Below the pieces are notes generated by a model, which saw nothing but the letters and a program-made list of their open reading frames with translations, searched no databases and was not told where the DNA came from. A stretch of DNA of 24,000 nucleotides from Chloroflexota bacterium (GTDB taxonomy: Bacteria; Chloroflexota; Anaerolineae; Anaerolineales; UBA11858), in assembly GCA_030609055.1 (NCBI GenBank), contig JAUWCZ010000011.1, forward strand, positions 1-24,000, given 5' to 3'. The position numbers and the translations under genes were made by a program. Shown piece after piece: positions 15,647 to 22,755 of this stretch (position 1 is the stretch's first letter; the number at the start of each line of letters is the position of its first letter).

Positions 15647-16966
15647 ATGATTTGGAACTTTCTGTTCATACTCCTGCTGGTTGCCTTAAACGGTTTTTTT
15701 GTGGCAACAGAATTTGCGGTCATCACAGCCCGAAAAACCCGTGTCCGCCTACAGGCTGAGGCGGGTAATGCTGCCGCAAAGCAGGTATTAATTTGGTTGG
15801 ATAATCCGGAAGCCCGGGACCGTTTAATTGCAGCTGCCCAATTAGGAATCACCATTGTCAGTCTGGCATTGGGCGCGGTGGGGGAAAACACATTTGAAGT
15901 CTTGCTGAAACCGGTTTTTCATTCCCTTGAGATATCGTTTCAGTGGAGCCGAATCGAACCGGTCCTGACTGCGCTGCCACTGATATTTTCTTTAATCATT
16001 GTCACCAGCTTGCATGTTGTCCTTGGTGAACAGGTCCCAAAAGTAGCCGCTCTTGAATCTCCAGAAAAGATTGCGTTCTTCTCTGCTCAACCTATGAAGT
16101 GGTTCAATACAATATTTACCTGGTTTGTAGACATTTTAGATTGGGCTACTCATAGCATACTACGCTTGGTAGGGGTAAAAAGAACCGGGGGCAGCCATTC
16201 GATTATCTATACCGTAGATGAATTAAAGGAGATCCTGGTTGAATCGGAACAAGTTGGGACGATTGAATCCCCTCAACGGGAAATGATGCATGCGATTTTT
16301 GACTTCAACCGATTGCTTGTGCGTCAGGTGATGCTCCCACGGACAGAGATTATCGCCTTTCCAGTGGAGATCCCCTTGGATGAAAGTATTCAGACTGCTG
16401 TGCAAAACCGTTTTACAAGATTTCCTGTATTTGAGGGTGATCTAGACAATATCATCGGCGTGGTTCATATTAAAGATTTGCTCCGCGCTCAACAAGACAA
16501 GAGCGGTGAATCCTTGACTATGGGTTCTCTTGCCCGTGAACCACTGTTTATCCCCGAGAGCAGCACGGTTAGAGCGTTGTTGGGTCATTTCCGCACACAC
16601 AGCCTTCATATTGCCATCGTCCTGGATGAATACGGCGGTACCGCCGGTTTAATTACTTTGGAAGATGCCCTGGAGGAGATTGTAGGAGAAATCAGCGATC
16701 CATTTGATATAGTTGCTCCGGAGATTCAGCGCATTAACCAGAATACCGTCCTGGTGGACGGATTGACCGCCATCGATGAAGTTAACCAGACTCTGGGAAC
16801 CAAATTCAATGATCCAAATTACGACACCATCGCTGGATATTTATTAGGTCATCTGGATCGGATACCTGTCCAGGGAGAAACCATCATGCTCGCAGGGGGA
16901 ATCCAACTGCAGGTAGCAGCCATGGATGGTTTGAGAATCTCCAAAGTCCGCATACAGGGTGTGTGA
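15647..16966 (+). CDS. CNNM/DUF21-CBS-CorC_HlyC family protein (hemolysin-family, putative Mg/Co efflux-type)
   Basis: The N-terminal DUF21 TM domain has the ATEFA motif ([12 protein letters not shown]). This is followed by a CBS pair and a C-terminal CorC_HlyC-like domain ([19 protein letters not shown]). Confidence 0.85.
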   Translation: MIWNFLFILLLVALNGFFVATEFAVITARKTRVRLQAEAGNAAAKQVLIWLDNPEARDRLIAAAQLGITIVSLALGAVGENTFEVLLKPVFHSLEISFQWSRIEPVLTALPLIFSLIIVTSLHVVLGEQVPKVAALESPEKIAFFSAQPMKWFNTIFTWFVDILDWATHSILRLVGVKRTGGSHSIIYTVDELKEILVESEQVGTIESPQREMMHAIFDFNRLLVRQVMLPRTEIIAFPVEIPLDESIQTAVQNRFTRFPVFEGDLDNIIGVVHIKDLLRAQQDKSGESLTMGSLAREPLFIPESSTVRALLGHFRTHSLHIAIVLDEYGGTAGLITLEDALEEIVGEISDPFDIVAPEIQRINQNTVLVDGLTAIDEVNQTLGTKFNDPNYDTIAGYLLGHLDRIPVQGETIMLAGGIQLQVAAMDGLRISKVRIQGV

Positions 16967-19538
16967 TCTCATGATGTTGATTGAGCAAAAAAACCCATCC
17001 TACGCCCGGATTGCGGTAAATGTCCCTCATGTCCGGGGAGTATATGATTATCACCTACCTTCGTCCATCCAAAAGTTAGTAAAGATCGGCCAATTGGTTA
17101 CTGTGCCATTTGGACGGCAAACCGCACAGGGGATCATTCTGGAATTTCCCTCCACACCGGAAGTGCCAAAAACGAAAGATATCCAAACTATTCTAGATCT
17201 CCTGCCGGTGGTAACGCCGTACCAAATCAAACTCGCAGAAAGGATATCTCTGGAAACCATCTCCCCGTTGGGAGAGACTTTGCATGCCATGCTCCCGGCA
17301 GGGTTAAGCATCAAAGGGGACAGTGAATACCGGCTTACAGAGCGCAGCCTGGCACTGCTGGAAGCTGGCGAACCGCTTTTACCAGAGCTAACATCGTCAC
17401 AAAATCACCTCCTGGAATTATTAATTCAACGAGGTCCCCTACGGGGTAGGCAGATAAATCGGGCTCTTCCGTATAAAAATTGGCGGAAAACTGCCGGCTC
17501 TCTTGAGCGTCGGGGAGTGATCAGTAGGCAATCAACCCTGGGTACTCCGACCGTCAAGCCCAAAATGGAACGGCGTCTCAAGTTTATTGGTGAAATGGCA
17601 GAAGCGATAGCCCAGATGGATACACTGGCTAAACCTGGGTTCCCGGAAGCATTAACCCGCAGACAGGCTGTGGTACACCTGGTAATGGAAAGTGATATCG
17701 AGCTTCCCTTATCCGAGATTTATCGCCAGACAGACAGCAATCTGAACGATCTCAAGCAGCTGGTACAACGAGGTCTGGTACAGATCCTGGAAATACCTGT
17801 TCTACGCGACCCGCTAGAACAGGTAACGGTCCGACCAACAAAAAAATTGAATCTTACCGAGGATCAGCAGATTACCTGGGATGCCATCCTGTCCTCATTT
17901 GAAGAGAAAAATCCTGCGCCGTTCCTTCTCCATGGTGTAACCGGATCAGGAAAAACAGAACTCTACCTGCAGGCAGTGGAACATGTCCTTGCTGGGGGTA
18001 AACAGGCAATCATCCTGGTTCCGGAAATCGCCCTTACCCCACAAACTGTCAGCCGGTTCATGAGTCGTTTCCCGGAGTGGGTTGGTGTGCTGCACTCCGA
18101 ACTCTCTCAGGGTGAACGATACGATACCTGGCGGCTAGCTCGCCAGGGAAAGCTCTCCGTTATAGTTGGTCCCCGAAGCGCATTATTCACTCCCTTTCCA
18201 AACCTTGGTTTAATTGTGGTAGATGAATGCCATGACGACTCCTACTACCAGGGTGAAATTTCCCCCCGCTACCACGCTGTCGAGTCAGCTGTCGCCTATG
18301 CAGCCATCACCGGATCAGTATGCATCCTGGGGTCAGCCACACCCGATGTTACCAGTATGTATCATGCATCCCACGGCGAGTGGCGTTTATTAACACTTCC
18401 CAAACGAATTCTGGCCCACCGCGATTCCATTCAAATCCAGCTCAAACAATCAGGCCGAGAGCCCGAAACCTTACGTTATCAACCACTGCGAAAGGATCTC
18501 CATAGTGCAGAGATGCCCCGGGTGGAACTCGTCGATATGAGAACAGAACTCAAAGAGGGCAACCGCTCAATCTTCAGCCGTGCTTTGCAGGATTCCCTTA
18601 TTTCAACGCTTGAAAAAGATGAGCAGGCAATTTTGTTTTTGAACCGGCGTGGAAGTGCCACATATGTATTCTGCAGGGATTGTGGTTATGCCATGCGCTG
18701 TCCCCGCTGCCATACCTCCCTCACTGCCCACCAATCGGACAGCTCTCTCCGCTGTCACCACTGTGGATACAAGAGAAAAATCCCTCAAACATGTCCCTCA
18801 TGTGGGAGTGCCCGGATACGTCATTTAGGAACCGGCACCGAGCAGGTTGAATCTACCCTTCAGAAACTAATACCGGGAGTACGTACCATTCGTTGGGACA
18901 GAGACACCACCAGGAAAAAAGGTGCCCACTGGGAGATTATGGAGCAGTTTTCTTCTCACCAGGCAGATGTTTTGATTGGGACCCAGATGTTAGCGAAAGG
19001 ACTGGATCTTCCCTTGGTCACTTTCGTGGGCAGTGTGCTGGCTGATACTGGGCTGCACTTGCCTGATTACCGGGCTTCCGAGCGAACCTTTCAGGTGCTG
19101 ACCCAGGTAGCAGGCAGGGCAGGACGCAGCCCCCTGGGAGGAAAGGTCATCCTGCAAACCTTTGAGCCGGATCATTATGTGATTCAGGCTGCCTCACAGC
19201 ACAACTACAGGGATTTTTATCAGCAGGAGATTGAATATCGACGGGATCTTGGGTATCCCCCCTTTGTTAAGCTGATCAGATTGGAAATTCGGGCAAGGGA
19301 TTCAAAGGCTGCCGAAGCTGAGGGGCAGGCATATGCCGCAGCGCTGAAGGGCTGGATCAAAACAGAAGGTTATCGGGCAACAACTCTGGTTGGACCGGTT
19401 CCACCTTATTTTACGCGCATTCGAGGGGAAACACGCTGGCAGATCCTGCTGCGCGGGCCCAACCCGGCGGACCTGGTACGGGATCATCCTCCTGGTCCAG
19501 AATGGATCATCGAGGTTAATCCACCGGTCATCCTTTAA
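16959..19538 (+). CDS. priA: Primosomal protein N' (replication restart helicase PriA)
   Basis: Walker A GVTGSGKTE, DECHD box, and the Cys-rich zinc region CRDCGYAMRCPRCHTSLTAH...CHHCGY...CPSCGS. The N-terminus YARIAVNVP...YDYHLP is typical. The GTG at 16959 overlaps the upstream stop; the ATG at 16971 is an equally plausible start. Confidence 0.9.
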   Translation: MCDLMMLIEQKNPSYARIAVNVPHVRGVYDYHLPSSIQKLVKIGQLVTVPFGRQTAQGIILEFPSTPEVPKTKDIQTILDLLPVVTPYQIKLAERISLETISPLGETLHAMLPAGLSIKGDSEYRLTERSLALLEAGEPLLPELTSSQNHLLELLIQRGPLRGRQINRALPYKNWRKTAGSLERRGVISRQSTLGTPTVKPKMERRLKFIGEMAEAIAQMDTLAKPGFPEALTRRQAVVHLVMESDIELPLSEIYRQTDSNLNDLKQLVQRGLVQILEIPVLRDPLEQVTVRPTKKLNLTEDQQITWDAILSSFEEKNPAPFLLHGVTGSGKTELYLQAVEHVLAGGKQAIILVPEIALTPQTVSRFMSRFPEWVGVLHSELSQGERYDTWRLARQGKLSVIVGPRSALFTPFPNLGLIVVDECHDDSYYQGEISPRYHAVESAVAYAAITGSVCILGSATPDVTSMYHASHGEWRLLTLPKRILAHRDSIQIQLKQSGREPETLRYQPLRKDLHSAEMPRVELVDMRTELKEGNRSIFSRALQDSLISTLEKDEQAILFLNRRGSATYVFCRDCGYAMRCPRCHTSLTAHQSDSSLRCHHCGYKRKIPQTCPSCGSARIRHLGTGTEQVESTLQKLIPGVRTIRWDRDTTRKKGAHWEIMEQFSSHQADVLIGTQMLAKGLDLPLVTFVGSVLADTGLHLPDYRASERTFQVLTQVAGRAGRSPLGGKVILQTFEPDHYVIQAASQHNYRDFYQQEIEYRRDLGYPPFVKLIRLEIRARDSKAAEAEGQAYAAALKGWIKTEGYRATTLVGPVPPYFTRIRGETRWQILLRGPNPADLVRDHPPGPEWIIEVNPPVIL

Positions 19539-19585
19539 AGAGGGGTTTCTTCAGTTTAGGGGGAGATTTACTAACAGAAAATTTT

Positions 19586-19810
19586 TCACCTGCACTGATT
19601 CACAAAATCTTCAATGCGATCGAGCGCCTTTTCAATCTTTTCGTAGCGTGTTGCATAGGAGCAGCGTACAAATCCTTTTCCGCCCGCGCCAAAAGCCGAA
19701 CCTGGAACGACTGCTACGCGTTCTTCCTGAAGCAGATTCTTAGCAAATAATTCATCATCCAAGGTTCCGACAATATCAAAGAACATCCTGATACCTGATG
19801 GTTTTTTATC
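19586..19810 (-). pseudogene. 3' relic of a class-I (AspC-type) PLP aminotransferase gene
   Basis: ...PSGIRMFFDIVGTLDDELFAKNLLQEERVAVVPGSAFGAGGKGFVRCSYATRYEKIEKALDRIEDFV reads like an aminotransferase C-terminus (VAVVPGSAFG...R.SYA). Only about 72 codons remain. The rest of track ORF 19586..19900 reads into the inserted DNA. Confidence 0.7.
19795..19805. repeat. Left copy of the 11-bp direct repeat bracketing the insert (CTGATGGTTTT)
   Basis: 10/11 identical to 22668-22678. Both copies sit in the same codon phase of the disrupted gene. Confidence 0.6.
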
Positions 19811-19849
19811 TTGCATGATGAATACTATCAAATATCCAGTCAGTGGAAT

Positions 19850-19875
19850 TGTGGGAATATACGTATTTTCCCACA
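19850..19875. promoter_or_regulatory. 26-bp near-perfect palindrome (candidate operator) upstream of the Fic promoter
   Basis: TGTGGGAA-TATACGTATT-TTCCCACA, with 24 of 26 positions symmetric. GAATATACG recurs at 19884-19892, abutting the -35. Confidence 0.45.
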
Positions 19876-19893
19876 GATTGCGCGAATATACGC

Positions 19894-19921
19894 TTGACAA
19901 ATTGGATTAATCGTATATAAT
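19894..19921 (+). promoter_or_regulatory. Consensus sigma-70 promoter of the Fic gene
   Basis: TTGACA (19894-19899), a 16-nt spacer, TATAAT (19916-19921), then a GGAGG SD (19942-19946) 6 nt before ATG 19953. Confidence 0.65.
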
Positions 19922-19952
19922 CAATGATAGTGAGAATATTCGGAGGAATAAG

Positions 19953-21044
19953 ATGCGACTGATACTTGGGGTCGATATGGATAACGTTGAAATAAAAAAG
20001 GATTTAGGTTTTATTGAGAGCCGCCTTTATGTAGCGAGAAGCCTGATACCGAAAGAATATGAGATTGCTTTCCAGGAAACTGCTCACTATATTAGCGCTC
20101 ACACCTCCACTGCGATTGAAGGGAATCCTTTGGGAGAAGAAGAAGCAATGAATATACTCGCAGAAAAACCCAATCCGATTGCCCCGGATCAACTTGAGAA
20201 AATAAATCTTGATGAAGCATATGAATTTATGTTCTTTCTTGCATCAGACAAAACAACAATAATAGACGAGGGAATCATCCGAACAATTAATTCTATGATA
20301 TTAAAGGGATTGCCCGAATCACAAGCGCGTGCAAGGGGTCAATATAGAGTTGGACCATCTAAAATCGTAGACTCAGTTACCAGGGAACGAAGATACCTTC
20401 CCCCCAAGTCAACATGGGTTCCAACCTTGATGAAGAATTTTGTTCTTGATATTGATGAGTGGATCCAGAATTATCCTGGTCCTGTGGCAGCAGCTCTTGC
20501 CCACTTTGGGTTAATATCAATTCATCCATTTGAGGATGGGAACGGTCGAACCGCACGATTGATTGCTGATATGATTTTGCACATAACTGATTGTTCTGCA
20601 GATGGCATGGTTTCAGTAAGTCAAGAAATCCATAATCAACTTGGTACCTACTATAAAACACTTCACAAAGTTCAAGGAGAAAATTATAAAGAAGATGTTG
20701 ATGTTACAGATTTCATCATCTTTCATACAGGCGCACTTGCTTCCGCTGCCATATCGTTGGAGGAAAAAGCAATCCATTTTAGTCGATTACGAGACAATAT
20801 CACTAACCAATTGAGTGGTCTTCTTAATGAACGCCAAGTAACAGGATTAATGTATATGGTAGACATTGGTCAAATTTCTACATCACGATATGCAAGGTTA
20901 ACAGATAGTTCACAGAACACTGCTTTGACAGACTTGAATCCATTAGTCGAGCTTGGTTTAGTAAATCGTATTGGAGGAGGGAAGAACACAAGATATATTC
21001 TGGATCCATCTTCTAAGATAGGTAATGATGAGATAGTTGATTAG
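19953..21044 (+). CDS. Fic-domain protein (AMPylase-type), class II with N-terminal inhibitory motif and C-terminal winged-helix
   Basis: Fic motif HPFEDGNGRTAR (aa 191-202, nt 20523-20558). Inhibitory-helix motif S-TAI-E-G, i.e. [ST]xxxE[GN] (aa 52-57, nt 20106-20123). The C-terminal region LTDLNPLVELGLVNRIGGGKNTRYIL is wHTH-like. Confidence 0.85.
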   Translation: MRLILGVDMDNVEIKKDLGFIESRLYVARSLIPKEYEIAFQETAHYISAHTSTAIEGNPLGEEEAMNILAEKPNPIAPDQLEKINLDEAYEFMFFLASDKTTIIDEGIIRTINSMILKGLPESQARARGQYRVGPSKIVDSVTRERRYLPPKSTWVPTLMKNFVLDIDEWIQNYPGPVAAALAHFGLISIHPFEDGNGRTARLIADMILHITDCSADGMVSVSQEIHNQLGTYYKTLHKVQGENYKEDVDVTDFIIFHTGALASAAISLEEKAIHFSRLRDNITNQLSGLLNERQVTGLMYMVDIGQISTSRYARLTDSSQNTALTDLNPLVELGLVNRIGGGKNTRYILDPSSKIGNDEIVD

Positions 21045-21068
21045 GATAAATTTCAGAAAGGTACAATG

Positions 21069-21112
21069 AGCATCCTCAAGATTTGTATTCTATTCATAGT
21101 ATTGAGGATGCT
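21069..21112 (+). terminator. Long hairpin after the Fic gene (probable terminator; also a possible IS insertion landmark)
   Basis: AGCATCCTCAA (21069-21079) and TTGAGGATGCT (21102-21112) form a perfect 11-bp stem with a 22-nt loop, followed by ACTTTTGATT. Confidence 0.5.
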
Positions 21113-21222
21113 ACTTTTGATTGCATCTCCATAATTATTTTCGGGTGATACTATGAAAGCGTTCCTGCCGTAGTGCTAAACTAAGAGTAGTGACAAACCA
21201 GTTTAGCAAAAGGAGGAACGCT

Positions 21223-22266
21223 ATGTATCCATTTTACCTTGGAATTGACCTGCATCTCAAGCGAACTTACCTGGTACTGATGAACGCCGAGGGGGAAGTG
21301 ATCGATAAACGGCGCCTGAAGAACACTGAGATGGCATCCTATATTTCCAAAAATATACCCAAAGAAACCTATGCGGTGATGGAGGCAACCCGGAACTGGC
21401 CCTTCTTCTATGATCTTTTAGAGAAGCATGTTGAGCGGGTTGAGCTGGCGCATGCCAAGGGTGTCCGGATGATCGCGGAAGCAGCAGTGAAGACGGACCA
21501 GATCGATGCCTCAGTGCTGGCGCATTTGGCAAGGTTAAACTTTTTGCCAATCGCCTATGCCGCGCCCAAGGAGATTCGTGATTTACGGCAGCATCTGCGC
21601 TACCGGGAATGGTTGATAGACGAACGGCGGCGGGGGAAGAACCGGATCCATGCCGTTTTGGCGGGATACAACCAGGCCTCCCCTGTGACAGATCTGTTTG
21701 GCCGCTCAGGACGGGAATGGCTGAAGGAGATAGCTGAGAAGGAGCTGCGCCCTACATCCCGACGAGTGGTCCTCGAGACGCTGACTTTGATCGATCAGCT
21801 GAATGCTCAGATCAAGGAATTGGCGAAGGATATCCCGCTACCAGAGGAGCTGAAGCCAAAGGCTGAGCTGCTGATGAGTATGCCGGGTATAGGTAAGCTG
21901 CTGTCAGCGGTGATCCTGGCAGAGATCGGTGACATCATCCGATTCAAATCGCCCAAGGCATTGTGCAACTGGGCTGGATTGACACCCCGAGTGCATAAAA
22001 GCGATACAGTGGTGAGACATGGACGGATCTCTAAGCAGGGTTCACGTTACTTGCGATCTGCGATGGTGTGTGCTGCTATGACGGCATGTCGGATCAGTCC
22101 ACGTTGGTACCGGGTGTATGAGAACCTGGCCCGACGGATTGGGCGCAGAGGAGCCAAAGTGGCAGTGGGGCGACGGTTATTGACGGTGGTTTATTTTATG
22201 TTGAAACGAAACCAACCGTATGAAGAAGATTATGAGCAGCGACGAGTAGCTGAACAGGGAGCCTGA
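21223..22266 (+). CDS. IS110-family transposase/recombinase (DEDD RuvC-like N-domain + Transposase_20 C-domain)
   Basis: The N-terminus MYPFYLGIDLHLKRTYLV has the DEDD first Asp, followed by AVMEATRNW. The C-terminal motifs are LMSMPGIGKLLSAVILAEIGDIIRFKSPKALCNWAGLTPRVHKSD...GRISKQGSRYLR. An AGGAGG SD (21211-21216) lies 6 nt upstream of ATG 21223. The track start GTG 21190 is less likely. Confidence 0.9.
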   Translation: MYPFYLGIDLHLKRTYLVLMNAEGEVIDKRRLKNTEMASYISKNIPKETYAVMEATRNWPFFYDLLEKHVERVELAHAKGVRMIAEAAVKTDQIDASVLAHLARLNFLPIAYAAPKEIRDLRQHLRYREWLIDERRRGKNRIHAVLAGYNQASPVTDLFGRSGREWLKEIAEKELRPTSRRVVLETLTLIDQLNAQIKELAKDIPLPEELKPKAELLMSMPGIGKLLSAVILAEIGDIIRFKSPKALCNWAGLTPRVHKSDTVVRHGRISKQGSRYLRSAMVCAAMTACRISPRWYRVYENLARRIGRRGAKVAVGRRLLTVVYFMLKRNQPYEEDYEQRRVAEQGA

Positions 22267-22667
22267 CCCAACTGCTGGTTATCAAAAACCGATCTGGTGA
22301 ATGAGGCCCCTGGGATAAACCGAATGGTATAGTGTGCCTGATCTTGAATAAGATCTGCTTGAATGGAATAGCTCAAGTTGAGCACGGTTAGATGCATTGG
22401 ATCAAGGTTGCTGCTGATAGGGATTCACCAGGAAAAAAAGAACAGAAAGATAAGGATCGAGACAGATAAGAGTATGTCTCGGGAGGTATGATTGTGTTGT
22501 CTTTATTGAAAAAAGGAACCCTCTTGACGAACGCTTTCTTAGATGCAGTTTGGGTGCAAATCGGATTGAACTTGTGGAAACAATGGAATTTATGGACTAA
22601 ATCATCCCTATCGAGTGGACACAATGGACATAATGGACCCCTGTGTAAAGGATAAACTCCTTCCGAT
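22267..22667 (+). ncRNA. Candidate structured non-coding tail of the IS110-family element (possible bridge/seek-type guide RNA); extent and strand not established
   Basis: 401 nt without a convincing CDS. A 9-bp long-range pairing CTGGTGAAT/ATTCACCAG (22294-22302 / 22423-22431) encloses the hairpin GATCTT-GAAT-AAGATC (22340-22355) and the palindrome GCTCAAGTTGAGC (22371-22383). Another hairpin is GAGACA..TGTCTC (22459-22480). There are short matches to the insert termini (see findings). Confidence 0.25.
22574..22638 (+). repeat. Two imperfect 24-bp direct repeats near the right end of the insert
   Basis: GTGGAAACAATGGAATTTATGGAC (22574-22597) versus GTGGACACAATGGACATAATGGAC (22615-22638). 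They are 20/24 identical with starts 41 bp apart. Confidence 0.7.
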
Positions 22668-22678
22668 CTGATTGTTTT
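22668..22678. repeat. Right copy of the 11-bp direct repeat bracketing the insert (CTGATTGTTTT)
   Basis: 10/11 identical to 19795-19805. Confidence 0.6.
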
Positions 22679-22716
22679 AAAGTGGCAACACGCTTGGCAA
22701 TGACATCACGGCTCAT
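22669..22716 (-). pseudogene. 5' relic (16 codons) of the disrupted aminotransferase gene, with intact SD and ATG
   Basis: Minus strand caGGAGtcaaaATG (ATG 22716) is followed by MSRDVIAKRVATLKQS. This resembles the aminotransferase N-terminal pattern (L/I)(S/A)xRVxxLxPS. The reading frame then runs into insert DNA and stops at 22597. Confidence 0.5.
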
Positions 22717-22755
22717 TTTGACTCCTGGATGTTACCTGCCCCGGCTTGGTTTGGA

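Larger units (their letters stand above)
19806..22667 (+). mobile_element. 2,862-bp accessory insert carrying a Fic gene and an IS110-family recombinase (a cargo-carrying IS110-type element or a nested composite)
   Basis: It is bracketed by the 11-bp direct repeat. Removing it rejoins the two aminotransferase fragments in frame. The only recombinase inside is the IS110-family DEDD enzyme. Internal composition is heterogeneous: the Fic part is AT-rich and the IS part is GC-richer. The inner IS boundary (possibly near 21113) is unresolved. Confidence 0.6.

Noticed and set aside
19800-19830. Circle-junction promoter (TTGTTT from the right repeat copy plus TACTAT at 19823-19828) as evidence for IS110-type circular intermediates
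   Set aside because: The hexamers are weak and the spacing (18 nt) depends on which repeat copy is retained. This is too speculative without knowing the true element ends.
19843-19863. GTGGAATTGTGGGAATATACG near the left end as a third copy of the right-end 24-bp repeat
   Set aside because: Only about 14/21 positions match without gaps. That is too weak to claim terminal repeat structure.
19586-19900. 104-aa ORF taken as an intact gene
   Set aside because: Only the last approx. 72 codons resemble a real protein (an aminotransferase C-terminus). The first approx. 32 codons read across the insert boundary through the Fic promoter/operator region and have no SD.
19953-21044. Fic as the toxin of a two-gene toxin-antitoxin pair
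   Set aside because: No small partner ORF lies upstream or downstream. The inhibitory [ST]xxxE[GN] motif is on the Fic chain itself (class II), so a separate antitoxin is not expected.
22388-22624. 78-aa minus-strand ORF inside the IS tail
   Set aside because: It has no SD, a Cys/Phe/Ser-rich odd composition and no recognisable motif. It spans the repeat and hairpin region, which is better explained as non-coding.
22574-22638. Possible CRISPR array
   Set aside because: There are only two imperfect copies and the repeats are non-palindromic. The 17-bp gap between them is far shorter than a CRISPR spacer, and there are no cas genes in the window.
22488-22655. Plus-strand sORF (55 codons from ATG 22488, or 53 from GTG 22494, which lies 7 nt after a GGGAGG) encoding a Trp-rich peptide ..LNLWKQWNLWTK..SGHNGHNGP..
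   Set aside because: The SD spacing for the GTG is good, so I cannot exclude it. However, its unusual residues are simply the translation of the 24-bp DNA repeats, it is below any homology-detectable size, and it ends at the insert boundary. I treat it as unproven rather than annotating it.
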